DNA from: Patescibacteria group bacterium
GTDB lineage: Bacteria > Patescibacteriota > Patescibacteriia > Patescibacteriales > UBA12465
Length of the DNA stretch: 64,000 bases
Direction of reading: 5' to 3'
Assembly: GCA_041650715.1 (NCBI GenBank)
Contig: JBAZKQ010000001.1
Coordinates: 454,945 to 518,944 of the forward strand
The translations under genes were made by a program, and so were the position numbers. Numbering within the stretch: the first letter of the stretch is position 1; each line of letters starts with the position of its first letter. Below are positions 40,772 through 51,414 of the stretch, in pieces. Under the pieces are notes generated by a model, which was not told the DNA's origin, made no database searches, and saw only the letters and a program-made list of their open reading frames with translations.

Positions 40772-42598
40772 ATGAAAATAAGAAAAGTCTTTTTCATTAT
40801 CGTGGCATTTTTTGCCCTGACGACAATCTTAACTGCTCTTTTATTAATTAAGGAAAGGCCAGATTTTCGTGTTGCCTCAGATTTATCAGATTCAAAAGAG
40901 CCGATTAGCGCGCAATATACCGAGTCCTCTTTTTTCCTGTCCGCTATTAAACAAAATAAAACTGCACCGTCTTTAGATACGGTCAGCGGTCTCATCGTGC
41001 CTCATCATTTGCTCGCTAAAGACATGATTGCTTCTGCCTATGCTTATGCTTCATCCGGAAAACATTCAACTATCGTTCTCCTTAGCCCGGATCATTTTTC
41101 GGCCGGAAAATCAGAAGTTTCCGTCAGCGAACGTGATTTCGCGACTGTATTTGGCATAGTCGCGAGTGATAAAAAAATTGCCGGTGAATTAAAGAAACTG
41201 CCCTTTGTCGGCGAGGGTGATTTTTTCTATCGCGAACATGGCCTGCAGGCCGAGCTCCCTTTTATTAAATATTATTTCCCGAACGCCAAAATTATCGCCC
41301 TCACTTTTAAGCCGACAACTTCTCAAGATAAACTTGATCAAATAATTAGCGTCTTGGAAAAAAATTTGCCGGACGATTCTTTAATAATTCAAAGCACTGA
41401 TTTTTCGCATTATTTGAGTCCGGCACAAGCCGCGCGCGAAGATACGGAATCAATCGCGATGATTATGAGCGGAGATGCGCCCCAGTCTTTAGATCTCGGC
41501 CAACCAGCCAATCTTGATTCGAGTGCCGCTCTATATATTCAAACCCGTTTGCAAACCGAATTTTTTAAGACTGAACCGAATATCTTAGAACATAAAAATT
41601 CTCAGGACTATACGACCGAACCAGTCGACTCTTCAACCAGCTATCTAACGGTCGCTTATAAAGCGGAAACACAAATGACTGGTGCTGCAATGACTGGTGC
41701 TGCAACAACGACGGATGAAAACTTAAGCCCGGACAAAAAATATGGCAATGCCGAATTTATTTTTGTCGGTGATATTATGCTCTCGCGTTATATCGGCGAA
41801 CTCATGGCTAAGCGCCAAGATTTTAATTTTCCTTATGAAAAAATAAAAACTGATTTAGCCGGCGCCGATTTATTATTCGGAAATTTAGAAGCACCGGTTT
41901 CAACTCGGGGTGAATCAGCCGGTGCCCCTTACCCTTTCCGCGCCGACCCGCTTGTCCTGTCGGGATTAAAGGATTCCGGCTTTAGCGTTCTCTCCGTTGC
42001 GAATAACCATGCCTTTGATTATAAGTTAGCCGCGTTTAGCGATACCCTAAATAATTTAAAAAACGCCGACCTCGATTATACGGGCGGCGGGTTTAACTTT
42101 AGCGAAGCACGCGCGGGCGCACTTATGGAAATAAACGGTATTAAAACGACGCTTCTCGCCTATACCGACTTAGTGCCTAAAAGCCAAGCGGCGACGGATA
42201 ATCGGGCTGGTCTCAGCTATCTTGACGAGGCGCAAATGGTAAAAGATATTAAGGCGGCAAAAGCTAAATCAGATTTAGTTATCGTTTCTTTCCATTGGGG
42301 CCAAGAATATCAAACTCATTCTAATCAGCATCAACAGAAAATTGCGGCTGAAGCCGTTGCGGCCGGGGCAGATTTAATCGTCGGCCATCACCCGCATGTC
42401 CCTCAAGAAATTAGTGAAATTAATGGCGTTACTGTCGCTTATAGTTTAGGTAATTTTGTCTTCGACCAGAACTTTTCGCCTGAAACGAGGAGCGGCTTAA
42501 TTCTTTATGTAAAAATTGAAAATAAAAAAATCATCTCCGTCGAACCGGAGACGATAAAATTCACAAATAATTATCAGCCCTATATAACCCAAAAGTAA
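40772..42598 (+). CDS. Fusion of a Memo/AmmeMemoRadiSam-B-like domain and a CapA-family metallophosphatase domain
   Basis: N-terminal half: GLIVPHHLLAKDMIASAY...IVLLSPDHF...QSTDFSHY. C-terminal half: FVGDIMLSR...NLEAPVS...SVANNHAFDY...SFHWGQEY...GHHPH. A TM anchor sits at the N-terminus. Confidence 0.7.
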   Translation: MKIRKVFFIIVAFFALTTILTALLLIKERPDFRVASDLSDSKEPISAQYTESSFFLSAIKQNKTAPSLDTVSGLIVPHHLLAKDMIASAYAYASSGKHSTIVLLSPDHFSAGKSEVSVSERDFATVFGIVASDKKIAGELKKLPFVGEGDFFYREHGLQAELPFIKYYFPNAKIIALTFKPTTSQDKLDQIISVLEKNLPDDSLIIQSTDFSHYLSPAQAAREDTESIAMIMSGDAPQSLDLGQPANLDSSAALYIQTRLQTEFFKTEPNILEHKNSQDYTTEPVDSSTSYLTVAYKAETQMTGAAMTGAATTTDENLSPDKKYGNAEFIFVGDIMLSRYIGELMAKRQDFNFPYEKIKTDLAGADLLFGNLEAPVSTRGESAGAPYPFRADPLVLSGLKDSGFSVLSVANNHAFDYKLAAFSDTLNNLKNADLDYTGGGFNFSEARAGALMEINGIKTTLLAYTDLVPKSQAATDNRAGLSYLDEAQMVKDIKAAKAKSDLVIVSFHWGQEYQTHSNQHQQKIAAEAVAAGADLIVGHHPHVPQEISEINGVTVAYSLGNFVFDQNFSPETRSGLILYVKIENKKIISVEPETIKFTNNYQPYITQK

Positions 42599-42611
42599 AA
42601 TCATCATTCCG

Positions 42612-42650
42612 CAAAAATAAAACCGCCTCTTCTGGCGGTCTTATTTTATA
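42612..42650. terminator. Bidirectional terminator between convergent genes
   Basis: ACCGCC-tcttct-GGCGGT flanked by A-rich and T-rich runs. Confidence 0.6.
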
Positions 42651-42692
42651 TTTTTTATTTTGGCTCCTGATGATTTTAAATTCTTCAATTTT

Positions 42693-44009
42693 TTAATAAT
42701 CTCTCAATTTCTCGAGTCCCTTAAACTTCCGAATCTTCTCGAGGGCTTTGGATTCGATCTGGCGGATACGTTCGCGGGTAACTTCAAATTCCTGACCAAC
42801 CTCTTCTAAGGTATGAGCGACGCCATCAACGAGTCCAAAACGCATTTCTAATATTTTTTGTTCGCGCGGTGAAAGCTGCGCCACAATATTTTTTACATAG
42901 TCCCTCAAAAGCTGTAAAGCGGCTGCCCTGTCCGGCGTTACGTTTTTTACGTCTTCGATAAAATCTTCAAGAGTCGAATCTTCTTCGTCGTCGCCGATAG
43001 TTGTTTCGAGCGAGATGGTATCCTGAGAAATTTTCATAATATAACGGACCTTCTCAATTTCTTCGCCCATCTCCGCTGCAATTTCATCGGCCAAAGGTTC
43101 CCGTCCTAATTCCTGAATTAAGTTTCTCTGCACCTGTTGGAATTTATTGATTGTTTCGACCATATGGACCGGAATACGAATGGTGCGCGACTGATCGGCT
43201 AAAGCGCGCGTAATCGCTTGGCGAATCCACCAAGTCGCATAAGTTGAAAATTTATAGCCCTTGCGATATTCAAATTTTTCGACAGCGCGGAATAAACCGA
43301 TATTGCCTTCCTGAATTAAATCCAAAAGACTCATGCCTTTCGCGCCGGCAAATTTCTTCGCAATCGAAACAACCAAACGTAAATTCGCTTCAATAATTCT
43401 CTTCTCCGCTTCTTTATCACCCTTCTCTTTTCGTTTCGCGAGTTCAACTTCCTCGTCGCCGGTCAGTAAGGCGACTTTCCCGATCTCCTTCAAATACATC
43501 TGAATCGAGTCAGCACTTAATTTTGATAAATCAATATTCATCGCGTTCTGATGCGCGAGGGCTCGCCCGGTTAAAGCCGGTTCATTCGCTTTCTTTTCCG
43601 CCATATCTAAAATTCGGCCGGAATCTTCCGCAATCCGAATCCCGTTCTTCTGCAAATCACCCAAAAAGACGTCATAGTCATAGACGTATTCTTCCACTTC
43701 CGGAAATAAATATAAAAGCTCAGTTTCGGTAATGAAACCGCGCAGACGTCCCTTATCGATTAAGCGCTGCATCGCGGCGTCGGAAGGTTTCGCGACCACG
43801 CGCGCTTCTTCTTTGACGTGTTTTACAACCTTAAGCAATTTCAACTTGGTCTTCGGTGCTTTCTTCTCCGTCTTTTTCGGCGCACTCTTACGCAAAACAA
43901 CCGCTTTTTTCAACGGTTTAGAGACCTTCGCTTTCGGCTTAGTTTTCAGGGTCGTCATTTTTGTTTTCTTTGTAGATTTTTTAATTTTTTTTGGCGCTGG
44001 CTTAGCCAT
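42693..44009 (-). CDS. rpoD: Primary RNA polymerase sigma factor (sigma-70) with a Lys-rich N-terminal extension
   Basis: [43 protein letters not shown], and the region 4 sequence [23 protein letters not shown]. Confidence 0.95.
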   Translation of the reverse strand: MAKPAPKKIKKSTKKTKMTTLKTKPKAKVSKPLKKAVVLRKSAPKKTEKKAPKTKLKLLKVVKHVKEEARVVAKPSDAAMQRLIDKGRLRGFITETELLYLFPEVEEYVYDYDVFLGDLQKNGIRIAEDSGRILDMAEKKANEPALTGRALAHQNAMNIDLSKLSADSIQMYLKEIGKVALLTGDEEVELAKRKEKGDKEAEKRIIEANLRLVVSIAKKFAGAKGMSLLDLIQEGNIGLFRAVEKFEYRKGYKFSTYATWWIRQAITRALADQSRTIRIPVHMVETINKFQQVQRNLIQELGREPLADEIAAEMGEEIEKVRYIMKISQDTISLETTIGDDEEDSTLEDFIEDVKNVTPDRAAALQLLRDYVKNIVAQLSPREQKILEMRFGLVDGVAHTLEEVGQEFEVTRERIRQIESKALEKIRKFKGLEKLRDY

Positions 44010-44017
44010 ATAAATTT

Positions 44018-45844
44018 TTAACCTAAATTAATTTTTTTAATCTCGTCGGTCAAATTCATGAGTTCTGCCATTAGTATTTCCAAATCCGCCTGGCGTTCTT
44101 CTTTTTCCGCCGCGGCGATTAATTTTTCGAGTTTTTTAATTTTCTTCTGGCAACCGTACTTTTTCAAATCAACCATGATCTTAATGATTTCCGCTTTCGC
44201 GCTGACGGCATCAAAGCTATAAAAATCCTTCTCCCCCAGAAGGATTAATTTATCGAGTAATTTTTCTGCGCTTTCACCCTGTTCCTCTAAATAATTCCGG
44301 AAGGAAACATATTCTAAAGAAGCAGTCTTATTATAATAGATTATCAGGTTCTTGTAAAACCCGGCGGCACCATTTCCACTTAAATTTTCCGGCTCCAGAT
44401 TACTCGCACAGTAGCCGATATGGTCGCTGAACTTAACGAGGAGCGCCAGCAATAATTCGCTGAGCCGATCTTCGCGGGAATGATATTCGCTTTTAGCTTC
44501 TTCTTTTCGGCTCGCTGCGGCCGGCGTTCTTTTCAGTTTTTTTTGCCAGGCGAGAAATTCCTCGCGGCTGTCGCCTTCAGAAAATCCGAGTTCCTCACTG
44601 ATTTTTTTTAACCAATAACCCTGCTCGGTTTGGTTATGGACCAAATCAATCATGATAAACATGCTATCGCGCACCTTTGTTTTATTATCCAGTATTTCCA
44701 AATCTAAATCGGCGCTTACTTTTTGAAAATAATATTCAAGCATCGGTTGGGCACTTTCGACTGCCAGTTTAAAATCATCGGGGTTATTGCGCAGACATTC
44801 ATCCGGATCCTTGCCGTTAGGCAAAGTGATAATTTTTAAATTTAACTCTTGCGCGAGCACTTCGCGGATTCCTCGGTCAGCCGCCATCTGTCCCGCTTTA
44901 TCCATATCAAAGGCCAAAGCGACATTATTCGTAAATCTTTTAATAAGGGCAACTTGCTCGGTCGTTAGCGCTGTTCCCGAAGAGGCAACCACGTTATTAA
45001 AGCCGTGCTGATGGCAAGAAATGGCGTCCATTTGGCCTTCAACCACGATTGCCAGGTCTTCTTGCCTAATCGCGGTTTTCGCCTTATTTAAGGCAAATAG
45101 GACCCGGCTTTTATCATAAACCGCAGTCTGGGGACTATTAATATATTTGCCCATTTTTTCGGTCTTTTCCTTCGCCGGATTAATACGCGCGGTAAAAGCA
45201 ATTAAGTTATTATTGACGTCCCAAATCGGGAACATAATGCGATCCCGGAAACGGTCATAATAGCCGCTCCCCCGCGTACCCGTACCTTCTTTCTTAATAC
45301 TGAGGCCAGCCGCACTAATTTCTTCGTCCGTATATTTTTTGCCGACCAGGGGTCGGGCTTTTAAAAAATCATATAAATTACTCCAGGCGTCGGCACTATA
45401 ACCGAGCTGCCACTCGCGCAAAGTTTCTTCTTTCAGGTCACGGCCAACTAAATAAGCGCGCGCGGCTTCCCCACTCTTCGTCCCGAGTAAATGCGCATAA
45501 TACTTTCCGGCGAGCTCAAGCACATCAAGCAGACGATTCCGTTGCGAATAAGTTTCCGCATTTTCATATTTCAAAACCACGCCCGCTTTCGGCGCCAAGA
45601 GACGCAATGTTTCCATAAAACCCAAGCCTTCTTTTTCCATTACAAAAGCAAAAACATCGCCGCCCCGGCCACAGCCAAAGCAATGCCAAATCTGCTTATC
45701 CGGCGAAATCACAAAAGACGGCGTCTTCTCGTTATGAAAAGGGCAAAGCGCCTGAAAGTTCGCACCGACGGCTTTCACCGGCGTGTATTCGCGAATCACT
45801 TCGACGATATCCAATTTAGATTTTATTTCTTCGGACTGTCCCAT
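44018..45844 (-). CDS. dnaG: DNA primase
   Basis: Zn finger [26 protein letters not shown] and TOPRIM VVEGQMD...DMDKAG. It lies directly upstream of rpoD. Confidence 0.95.
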   Translation of the reverse strand: MGQSEEIKSKLDIVEVIREYTPVKAVGANFQALCPFHNEKTPSFVISPDKQIWHCFGCGRGGDVFAFVMEKEGLGFMETLRLLAPKAGVVLKYENAETYSQRNRLLDVLELAGKYYAHLLGTKSGEAARAYLVGRDLKEETLREWQLGYSADAWSNLYDFLKARPLVGKKYTDEEISAAGLSIKKEGTGTRGSGYYDRFRDRIMFPIWDVNNNLIAFTARINPAKEKTEKMGKYINSPQTAVYDKSRVLFALNKAKTAIRQEDLAIVVEGQMDAISCHQHGFNNVVASSGTALTTEQVALIKRFTNNVALAFDMDKAGQMAADRGIREVLAQELNLKIITLPNGKDPDECLRNNPDDFKLAVESAQPMLEYYFQKVSADLDLEILDNKTKVRDSMFIMIDLVHNQTEQGYWLKKISEELGFSEGDSREEFLAWQKKLKRTPAAASRKEEAKSEYHSREDRLSELLLALLVKFSDHIGYCASNLEPENLSGNGAAGFYKNLIIYYNKTASLEYVSFRNYLEEQGESAEKLLDKLILLGEKDFYSFDAVSAKAEIIKIMVDLKKYGCQKKIKKLEKLIAAAEKEERQADLEILMAELMNLTDEIKKINLG

Positions 45845-45850
45845 AGGTAT

Positions 45851-46180
45851 TTAAATTAAAAAATCCGGCAGGAGTAACGCTTTAAGGCGGGCCATTTCTC
45901 GTTCCACAACTTCCCCGTCGTACTCCGCGTTATGGCGCGCTTGGCCGGCATAGCCCGGTCGTTTCTGATCTAAATGTAAATTAAAAGTAACGATTTCTTC
46001 TCCACTCGCCGTCTTTTGCACAGTAAAATAAATATGGAAGCGCGGATAAAAGTCGCGCATCAAACGCCGGGCGAAACTCGCTTGGCCGTCTTCACGCTCT
46101 GGAATAAAAGTATAACCGGCGGCTCTAAGCCACATCTCCGGCGCTTGTCCCAACAATTTTTTGTTCGTGCTTAATTTCAT
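45851..46180 (-). CDS. Conserved hypothetical protein
   Basis: 109-aa ORF. Its annotated start overlaps the upstream gene by 56 nt, so the real start may be the internal M (MWLRAAGY). Confidence 0.5.
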   Translation of the reverse strand: MKLSTNKKLLGQAPEMWLRAAGYTFIPEREDGQASFARRLMRDFYPRFHIYFTVQKTASGEEIVTFNLHLDQKRPGYAGQARHNAEYDGEVVEREMARLKALLLPDFLI

Positions 46181-46643
46181 TTTTTCCGAGTTTAAAGATT
46201 ATGGATTTATAAATTATATAATTATAGAAACCGATGGCAAGATTGACCGCAACCTGCGCGAGCAAGTACCAGATGCCGAAACGATTAACGAGCAGATGCA
46301 TGAAGACACCGTTTAAATTCAAACCGATAAAAGCGTTAAGAATATAGAGAACAAATTGATGGGCCGCTTTCTCCTGACTGAAATTGCGGAAGGTCCAGAA
46401 TTTCTGGAGCGTGAAACTAACGACGAAGGAAACGATGAAGGCCAAACTCGTGGAAAAAACCAAGGGCCATTTTAAAACACCATGGAAAATAAATAAAAGA
46501 ACAAGATCGGTGATACTGGCTGAGGAACCGGCGATAAAAAATTTTACCGCGCCCTTACGCGAATCACAAAGACAATAAGCTTTGGGAAAACGCATGGCGA
46601 GAAAATTGCGAAACTGAAAATATAAACGATTTAAATGGGGCAT
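46125..46643 (-). CDS. GtrA-family membrane protein
   Basis: FFIAGSSASITDLVLLFIFHGVL plus four TM helices. Confidence 0.75.
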   Translation of the reverse strand: MPHLNRLYFQFRNFLAMRFPKAYCLCDSRKGAVKFFIAGSSASITDLVLLFIFHGVLKWPLVFSTSLAFIVSFVVSFTLQKFWTFRNFSQEKAAHQFVLYILNAFIGLNLNGVFMHLLVNRFGIWYLLAQVAVNLAIGFYNYIIYKSIIFKLGKNEIKHEQKIVGTSAGDVA

Positions 46644-46675
46644 AATTTAATTATTGTCAAAATCTTATCAGCGCC

Positions 46676-47545
46676 TTAAGGACGCCACTCATAATTATTA
46701 AAAACCCAATTGACCAAGTCTTTGCTTTCCCGGAAACGCTCATTCTTGCCGGAACTATTTAGGACTGCTGAGATCACTTCCCGACCGTCAGCGCCTTTGA
46801 AGCGGCCGACAAAGCAATAACCGGCGCTATCAGTGAATCCAGTTTTCCCGCCCATGATAATGAAAGGATTTTCCGCAGAATCAAATAATAAATAATCAGT
46901 GGATTCAATTAATTTTTCTCGTCCGGCAACCGTCGTAAATTTGAAATCTTTGGTTTCCGTCGCGGTGCTAATTTCAGGAACGTCGAGAGCCGCTTTCGCG
47001 AGCAGCGCGACTTCGCGCGCCGTTGAAACATTATTTTCGCCGAGGCCGACCGGATCGACAAAGCTGGTTTTCTTTAGTCCGAGCGCGAGTGCTTTCTCAT
47101 TCATTTTTTTGACAAACTCTGGCTCGCTTAGTCCGCTCGCATGCACAAGCGCTAAGGTCGCACCGTTATCGGAAGCAATTAAACTGGTTTTAAAAAGCTG
47201 TTTAATCGTCACTTCGTCTCCCGGCCAAAGATTTAAAACTCCGCCTTGGACTTGGTCGGCGGCCGTAATCGTATAAGTCGTGTCCCAGCCCGGATTATGT
47301 TCGATGAATACCAGAGCCGTCATTAGTTTCGTAATGCTGGCAATCGCCTGAGGTTCATCGGCATTTTTTGTGTAAAAGAAGTCGCGCCCGGTCGCCGATA
47401 GTACTGCGCCTTTGTCCGCCGGTAAATTCAAAACTGTGGCGAGCGGATTAAGACTTAAAACCGGACCGCTAACAGAAAGCTGTGCGCCCGTGTCGGAGCG
47501 CAGCAAAAGAATGGTAACTAATATATTTAATAACAAATGCCACAT
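46676..47545 (-). CDS. D-alanyl-D-alanine carboxypeptidase (S11, PBP5-like)
   Basis: SITK (SxxK), SDN, KTG (GGKTGFT), with an N-terminal signal. Confidence 0.85.
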   Translation of the reverse strand: MWHLLLNILVTILLLRSDTGAQLSVSGPVLSLNPLATVLNLPADKGAVLSATGRDFFYTKNADEPQAIASITKLMTALVFIEHNPGWDTTYTITAADQVQGGVLNLWPGDEVTIKQLFKTSLIASDNGATLALVHASGLSEPEFVKKMNEKALALGLKKTSFVDPVGLGENNVSTAREVALLAKAALDVPEISTATETKDFKFTTVAGREKLIESTDYLLFDSAENPFIIMGGKTGFTDSAGYCFVGRFKGADGREVISAVLNSSGKNERFRESKDLVNWVFNNYEWRP

Positions 47546-47556
47546 TTAATTTTTAC

Positions 47557-48111
47557 TTAATTAGTTTCTGTTTCTAAAACCATTTCAATCGTCGTATTAA
47601 CGGTTTCATCCGCTTTCAGTTTAGAATAATCCGGTAAATCACCGACACTGCCCAGACCCAAGAAACGAACGAAATCATGCGTTACGGTATAAAAATTTTC
47701 GTCTCTCGTCTTATCGTATTTTTCTTCAATCAGACCGCGCAAAAGTAAATTGCGAATAATGAGACTGCAATTAACGCCGCGAATTTTTTCGAGCTCAAGC
47801 TTTCCAATCGGACCGCGATAGGCAATAATCGTGAGCGCTTCAAGACTCGGCTGGGATAATTCCCCGCTCGTTTCATCCTTTAAAAATTCCTGAACAAGCG
47901 CCGAGTTTCCGGCTGCCGTTGTCAGTTGATATTGATTATTGTTTTTAATGATACTGAAACCCCGCTCCCCGGCACCGTAATCCGCTTCGAGTTCGGCGAG
48001 CGCCGCTTCAACTTCTTTCGTCTTCGCGTTCGTTAAAACGGCCAGCTCCTTTACGGCGAGCGGCTTAATCGCGACGAATAGTAATGATTCAAGTTGTGAC
48101 TTTAATGACAT
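47557..48111 (-). CDS. scpB: Segregation and condensation protein B
   Basis: LESLLFVAIKPLAVKELA...EALTIIAYRGPIGKLELEKIRGV. It lies downstream of scpA. Confidence 0.9.
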   Translation of the reverse strand: MSLKSQLESLLFVAIKPLAVKELAVLTNAKTKEVEAALAELEADYGAGERGFSIIKNNNQYQLTTAAGNSALVQEFLKDETSGELSQPSLEALTIIAYRGPIGKLELEKIRGVNCSLIIRNLLLRGLIEEKYDKTRDENFYTVTHDFVRFLGLGSVGDLPDYSKLKADETVNTTIEMVLETETN

Positions 48112-48123
48112 ATAAATATTTAT

Positions 48124-48861
48124 TTACTCTGCTGCCGCGTCAGCTTGGTAGCGGCTAATATGAATTTCGCTGAAGAGCTCATCTTGCTCGAACATTAATT
48201 CTTTTTGTTTGGCGAGCTCGAGCACGGCCAGGAAACAAACAATCACTTCAGTTTTATTCTGGGCCGTGGCAATGAACTTGGAAAAATTTATTCTAACTTT
48301 ATCGAAAATCATTTTCTTGATTAAAATGATGCGATCTTCAATGTTTATTTTTGGTTCCAGACGTGTTTCCGGCAATTTTTCTTCCTGATGTTTTTCGAGA
48401 TTCGCGAGCAGACGTACAAAAATATCCCGCATCATGACTGCATTTACTTTTAGCGGGGCGGCAAAAACCGGCAAATTAAATTGCTGGCGGCGATTTTTTA
48501 GCATCGGCGGGAGATAGAGAAAATTTTTCGCGGCGATAGTCTCCTTTATCTTTTGGCTGGCCGCCACGAATTCTTTATACATGCGCAGCTGCTTCTCTAA
48601 ATCGTCGACCTCTTGCGCGTCTTCGGCCGTATATAAATAAGGGAGTAGCGCTTTGGATTTAATGAATAATAATTTAGCAGCCACGACTAAAAAATCCGCC
48701 ATCTCGTCGGCATCAATCGCTTCCGCGCCGCGGATATAGTTAACATATTCATCGGCGATTTTCGCCAAATTAATTTCCGTGATATCCATTTCCTCCGACT
48801 CGATGAGAGACAGGAGCAAACCGAGAGGTCCGGAAAATTTTTCTTGGGTAAATTCAATCAT
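48124..48861 (-). CDS. scpA: Segregation and condensation protein A
   Basis: FSGPLGLLLSLIESEEMDITEINLAKIADEY...FLAVLELAK. Confidence 0.9.
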   Translation of the reverse strand: MIEFTQEKFSGPLGLLLSLIESEEMDITEINLAKIADEYVNYIRGAEAIDADEMADFLVVAAKLLFIKSKALLPYLYTAEDAQEVDDLEKQLRMYKEFVAASQKIKETIAAKNFLYLPPMLKNRRQQFNLPVFAAPLKVNAVMMRDIFVRLLANLEKHQEEKLPETRLEPKINIEDRIILIKKMIFDKVRINFSKFIATAQNKTEVIVCFLAVLELAKQKELMFEQDELFSEIHISRYQADAAAE

Positions 48862-48863
48862 AA

Positions 48864-49829
48864 TTACTGAACAATTGGAGCCGCTGACGGCGTTTTCATA
48901 GTCGCGTCGGCTTTAATTACATTCCAGAGATTACCTCGCAAACACTGGTAACCGGTGCCGTGATATTGGCTGCTTGGATTAACCGGCATACTATAGGTCA
49001 CTTGACCGCGGCCGTTATCGCTTTGCAAACTATCGGTCCGAAAAGTCGCGCAGAACTGAAAATCTTTATCATTTAATTTTTCATAAACGATCGGTGTTTT
49101 TGTTTCCGGGTCAGATAAAGCGCCGGGATCAAGATAAAAATTATTCTCGCTCGTGAGTTGGTCGATTGAATCCGGTAATTTTTGGTAGCGGTCATAATAG
49201 GTATTAACTCCACTTTCGAGACTCGAAATATTATTAACGACAATTTGGTCTAAGCGTCGGGCGCGGGCCGTTTTCGGAGATTCAACAAAGAAAAAAGCGG
49301 AAATAAAAGCGGCGATAACGAGCGCCAAGGAAATATAGAAAAATAAACGTGTAGTTAAATCCTTGCGGCTCATGTCCTCACGCTTGATGTCGTAGAAATA
49401 AAAGGAAAATACAGCGGCTGCTAAAACAAAGATGGAGGCCGCCTTAAGAACGAAACGGCTCGTCAGTTCGCCCGATAAGAAATTATTAATGATGCCGATA
49501 AAAACGCCAAGAATAATAAATGAGGATACTAAAATAATTAAATAAGTTAACCAGCGGCGGACACCGGAGTCTTTATCGATTTCGTTTTTGCGCAGACCCT
49601 TGAAGATTAAGCCGGAAAGAAAATAGAAAATAGGCGCCGCGATAATCAGCGCGGAAATTGCAAACTTCAACTGGCCGTCAGAGTTGCCGACATATGAATT
49701 CAAAGCGTCCGGTACGGTCTTGTCGATAATGCCGAAAGCGATTAGGCCGACAGAAATCGCCATGAAGATTAAAGCGACGAGCGAAAGCAGATAGTAAAAA
49801 GCGTACTTCGCGTTTTGTTTGTTAGTCAT
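48864..49829 (-). CDS. Multi-TM membrane protein with an extracytoplasmic C-terminal domain (DUF5671-like)
   Basis: Five or six N-terminal TM helices and a ~130-aa soluble tail. The family assignment is tentative. Confidence 0.5.
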   Translation of the reverse strand: MTNKQNAKYAFYYLLSLVALIFMAISVGLIAFGIIDKTVPDALNSYVGNSDGQLKFAISALIIAAPIFYFLSGLIFKGLRKNEIDKDSGVRRWLTYLIILVSSFIILGVFIGIINNFLSGELTSRFVLKAASIFVLAAAVFSFYFYDIKREDMSRKDLTTRLFFYISLALVIAAFISAFFFVESPKTARARRLDQIVVNNISSLESGVNTYYDRYQKLPDSIDQLTSENNFYLDPGALSDPETKTPIVYEKLNDKDFQFCATFRTDSLQSDNGRGQVTYSMPVNPSSQYHGTGYQCLRGNLWNVIKADATMKTPSAAPIVQ

Positions 49830-49870
49830 ATAATAATTGTTATTAATTACGATATCAATTTAAATTAAAT

Positions 49871-49959
49871 TATACTTTTGGAGCGCCTGTAATTTCGTCA
49901 AGAAAAAATATGCTTTAGCTTATTTTTTCCCCAGAAATTACCGAAGCGGAGAAAGTATA
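49871..49959. repeat. Palindromic intergenic element, copy A
   Basis: The core cttttggagcgcctgtaatttcgt...gaaaaaata-tgctttagct-tattttttc...cagaaattaccgaagcg is about 90% identical to 53645-53719. It has nested inverted repeats plus the flanks TATACTTT/AAAGTATA. Confidence 0.75.
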
Positions 49960-49966
49960 ATTTGAT

Positions 49967-51358
49967 TTAGAATTCCGCATTCTTCGGTGTACGTGGGAAA
50001 GGAATGACGTCGCGAATATTGGCCATGCCGGATAAATACATGATTAAGCGCTCAAATCCCAAGCCATATCCCGCGTGTTTTACCGAACCGTATTTACGTA
50101 AATCAAGATACCAAGCATAGTCTTCTTTTTTGAGGCCCATCTCATCCATTCTTTTCTCAAGCATATCAAGCCGTTCTTCGCGCTGCGAGCCACCGATAAT
50201 TTCACCGATACCGGGAACGAGCAAGTCAACCGCGGCGACGGTTTTTCCGTCATCGTTCATGCGCATATAAAAAGCTTTGATGTCTTTCGGATAATCGGTT
50301 AAGAATACCGGACCGCCGACTACCTCTTCGCAGAGATAACGCTCGTGTTCAGTTTGTAAATCAATTCCCCATTTTACCGGATACTCAAATTTCTTGCCGG
50401 ACTTTTCTAAAATCTCAATGCCTTCCGTATAAGTCATGCGGCGGAACTCGGAATTAATTAATTTAGTTAAACGCTCAAGCAAAGTCGGATCAATAAATTT
50501 ATTGAAAAATTCCATTTCTTCCGGCAGTTCTTTGAGGACATAGGAAATTAAATATTTAATCATTTTCTCTTCCATGTCCATATCATCATTCAAATCGGCG
50601 AAAGCCATTTCCGGTTCCATCATCCAAAACTCGGAAGCGTGCCGGGTCGTATAGGAATTTTCCGCACGAAAAGCCGGCCCGAAAGTATAAACCTTATCAA
50701 GCCCCATCACGAGCGCCTCGGCATTAAGCTGACCACTCACAGTCAGCCCCGTTTTCTTACCAAAGAAATCTTCTTTATAATTTATTTCTCCTTTATCATC
50801 TTTTGGTACATTTTTTAAATCCAGGGTTGTTACCTGAAACATTTCACCGGCGCCTTCAGCATCGCTTGTCGAGATAACTGGAGTTTGAATATAAGTAAAA
50901 CCTTGTTCTTGAAAAAATTTGTGAATGGCGAAACTTAAAGTTGAGCGTAAACGAAAGACAGCCGAAAAAGTATTGCTACGTCCGCGCAAATGCGCAATCG
51001 TGCGCAGAAATTCAAAACTATGTTTTTTCTTCTGAAGAGGATAATCTTCGGCGGCGCGTTGAATAATATTTATGGTTGTCGCTTTTAATTCAAAAGCTTG
51101 CCCGGCCGCGGGAGACTCAACGAGTTCGCCTTCAATTTCGAGTGATGAACCAATCGTAATTTTTTCTACTTCGGAAAAATTACTTAAATCAGATGCAAAA
51201 ACAATTTGTAAACCCTTAAAGAATGATCCATCGTTTAATTCAATAAAACCGAAATCTTTAGAGCTCCGTGAAGTCCGCACCCAACCGGAAACGAGAATAT
51301 TTTTACCTAAATATTCTTTCGTATCGCGATATAATGATTTGATAATTATTTTAGACAT
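49967..51358 (-). CDS. asnS: Asparagine--tRNA ligase
   Basis: Class IIb: [37 protein letters not shown]. 463 aa. Confidence 0.9.
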   Translation of the reverse strand: MSKIIIKSLYRDTKEYLGKNILVSGWVRTSRSSKDFGFIELNDGSFFKGLQIVFASDLSNFSEVEKITIGSSLEIEGELVESPAAGQAFELKATTINIIQRAAEDYPLQKKKHSFEFLRTIAHLRGRSNTFSAVFRLRSTLSFAIHKFFQEQGFTYIQTPVISTSDAEGAGEMFQVTTLDLKNVPKDDKGEINYKEDFFGKKTGLTVSGQLNAEALVMGLDKVYTFGPAFRAENSYTTRHASEFWMMEPEMAFADLNDDMDMEEKMIKYLISYVLKELPEEMEFFNKFIDPTLLERLTKLINSEFRRMTYTEGIEILEKSGKKFEYPVKWGIDLQTEHERYLCEEVVGGPVFLTDYPKDIKAFYMRMNDDGKTVAAVDLLVPGIGEIIGGSQREERLDMLEKRMDEMGLKKEDYAWYLDLRKYGSVKHAGYGLGFERLIMYLSGMANIRDVIPFPRTPKNAEF

Positions 51359-51414
51359 ATAAATTTAATTAATTTTTCCCCGAAGTTAATTGCGCTTTCT
51401 CATTATGGTTTAAC

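Noticed and set aside
49860-49905. Minus-strand promoter TTGACG...TATAAT overlapping palindromic element copy A
   Set aside because: The spacer is 21 nt, which is too long for a sigma-70 promoter, and the TTGACG is not conserved in copy B.
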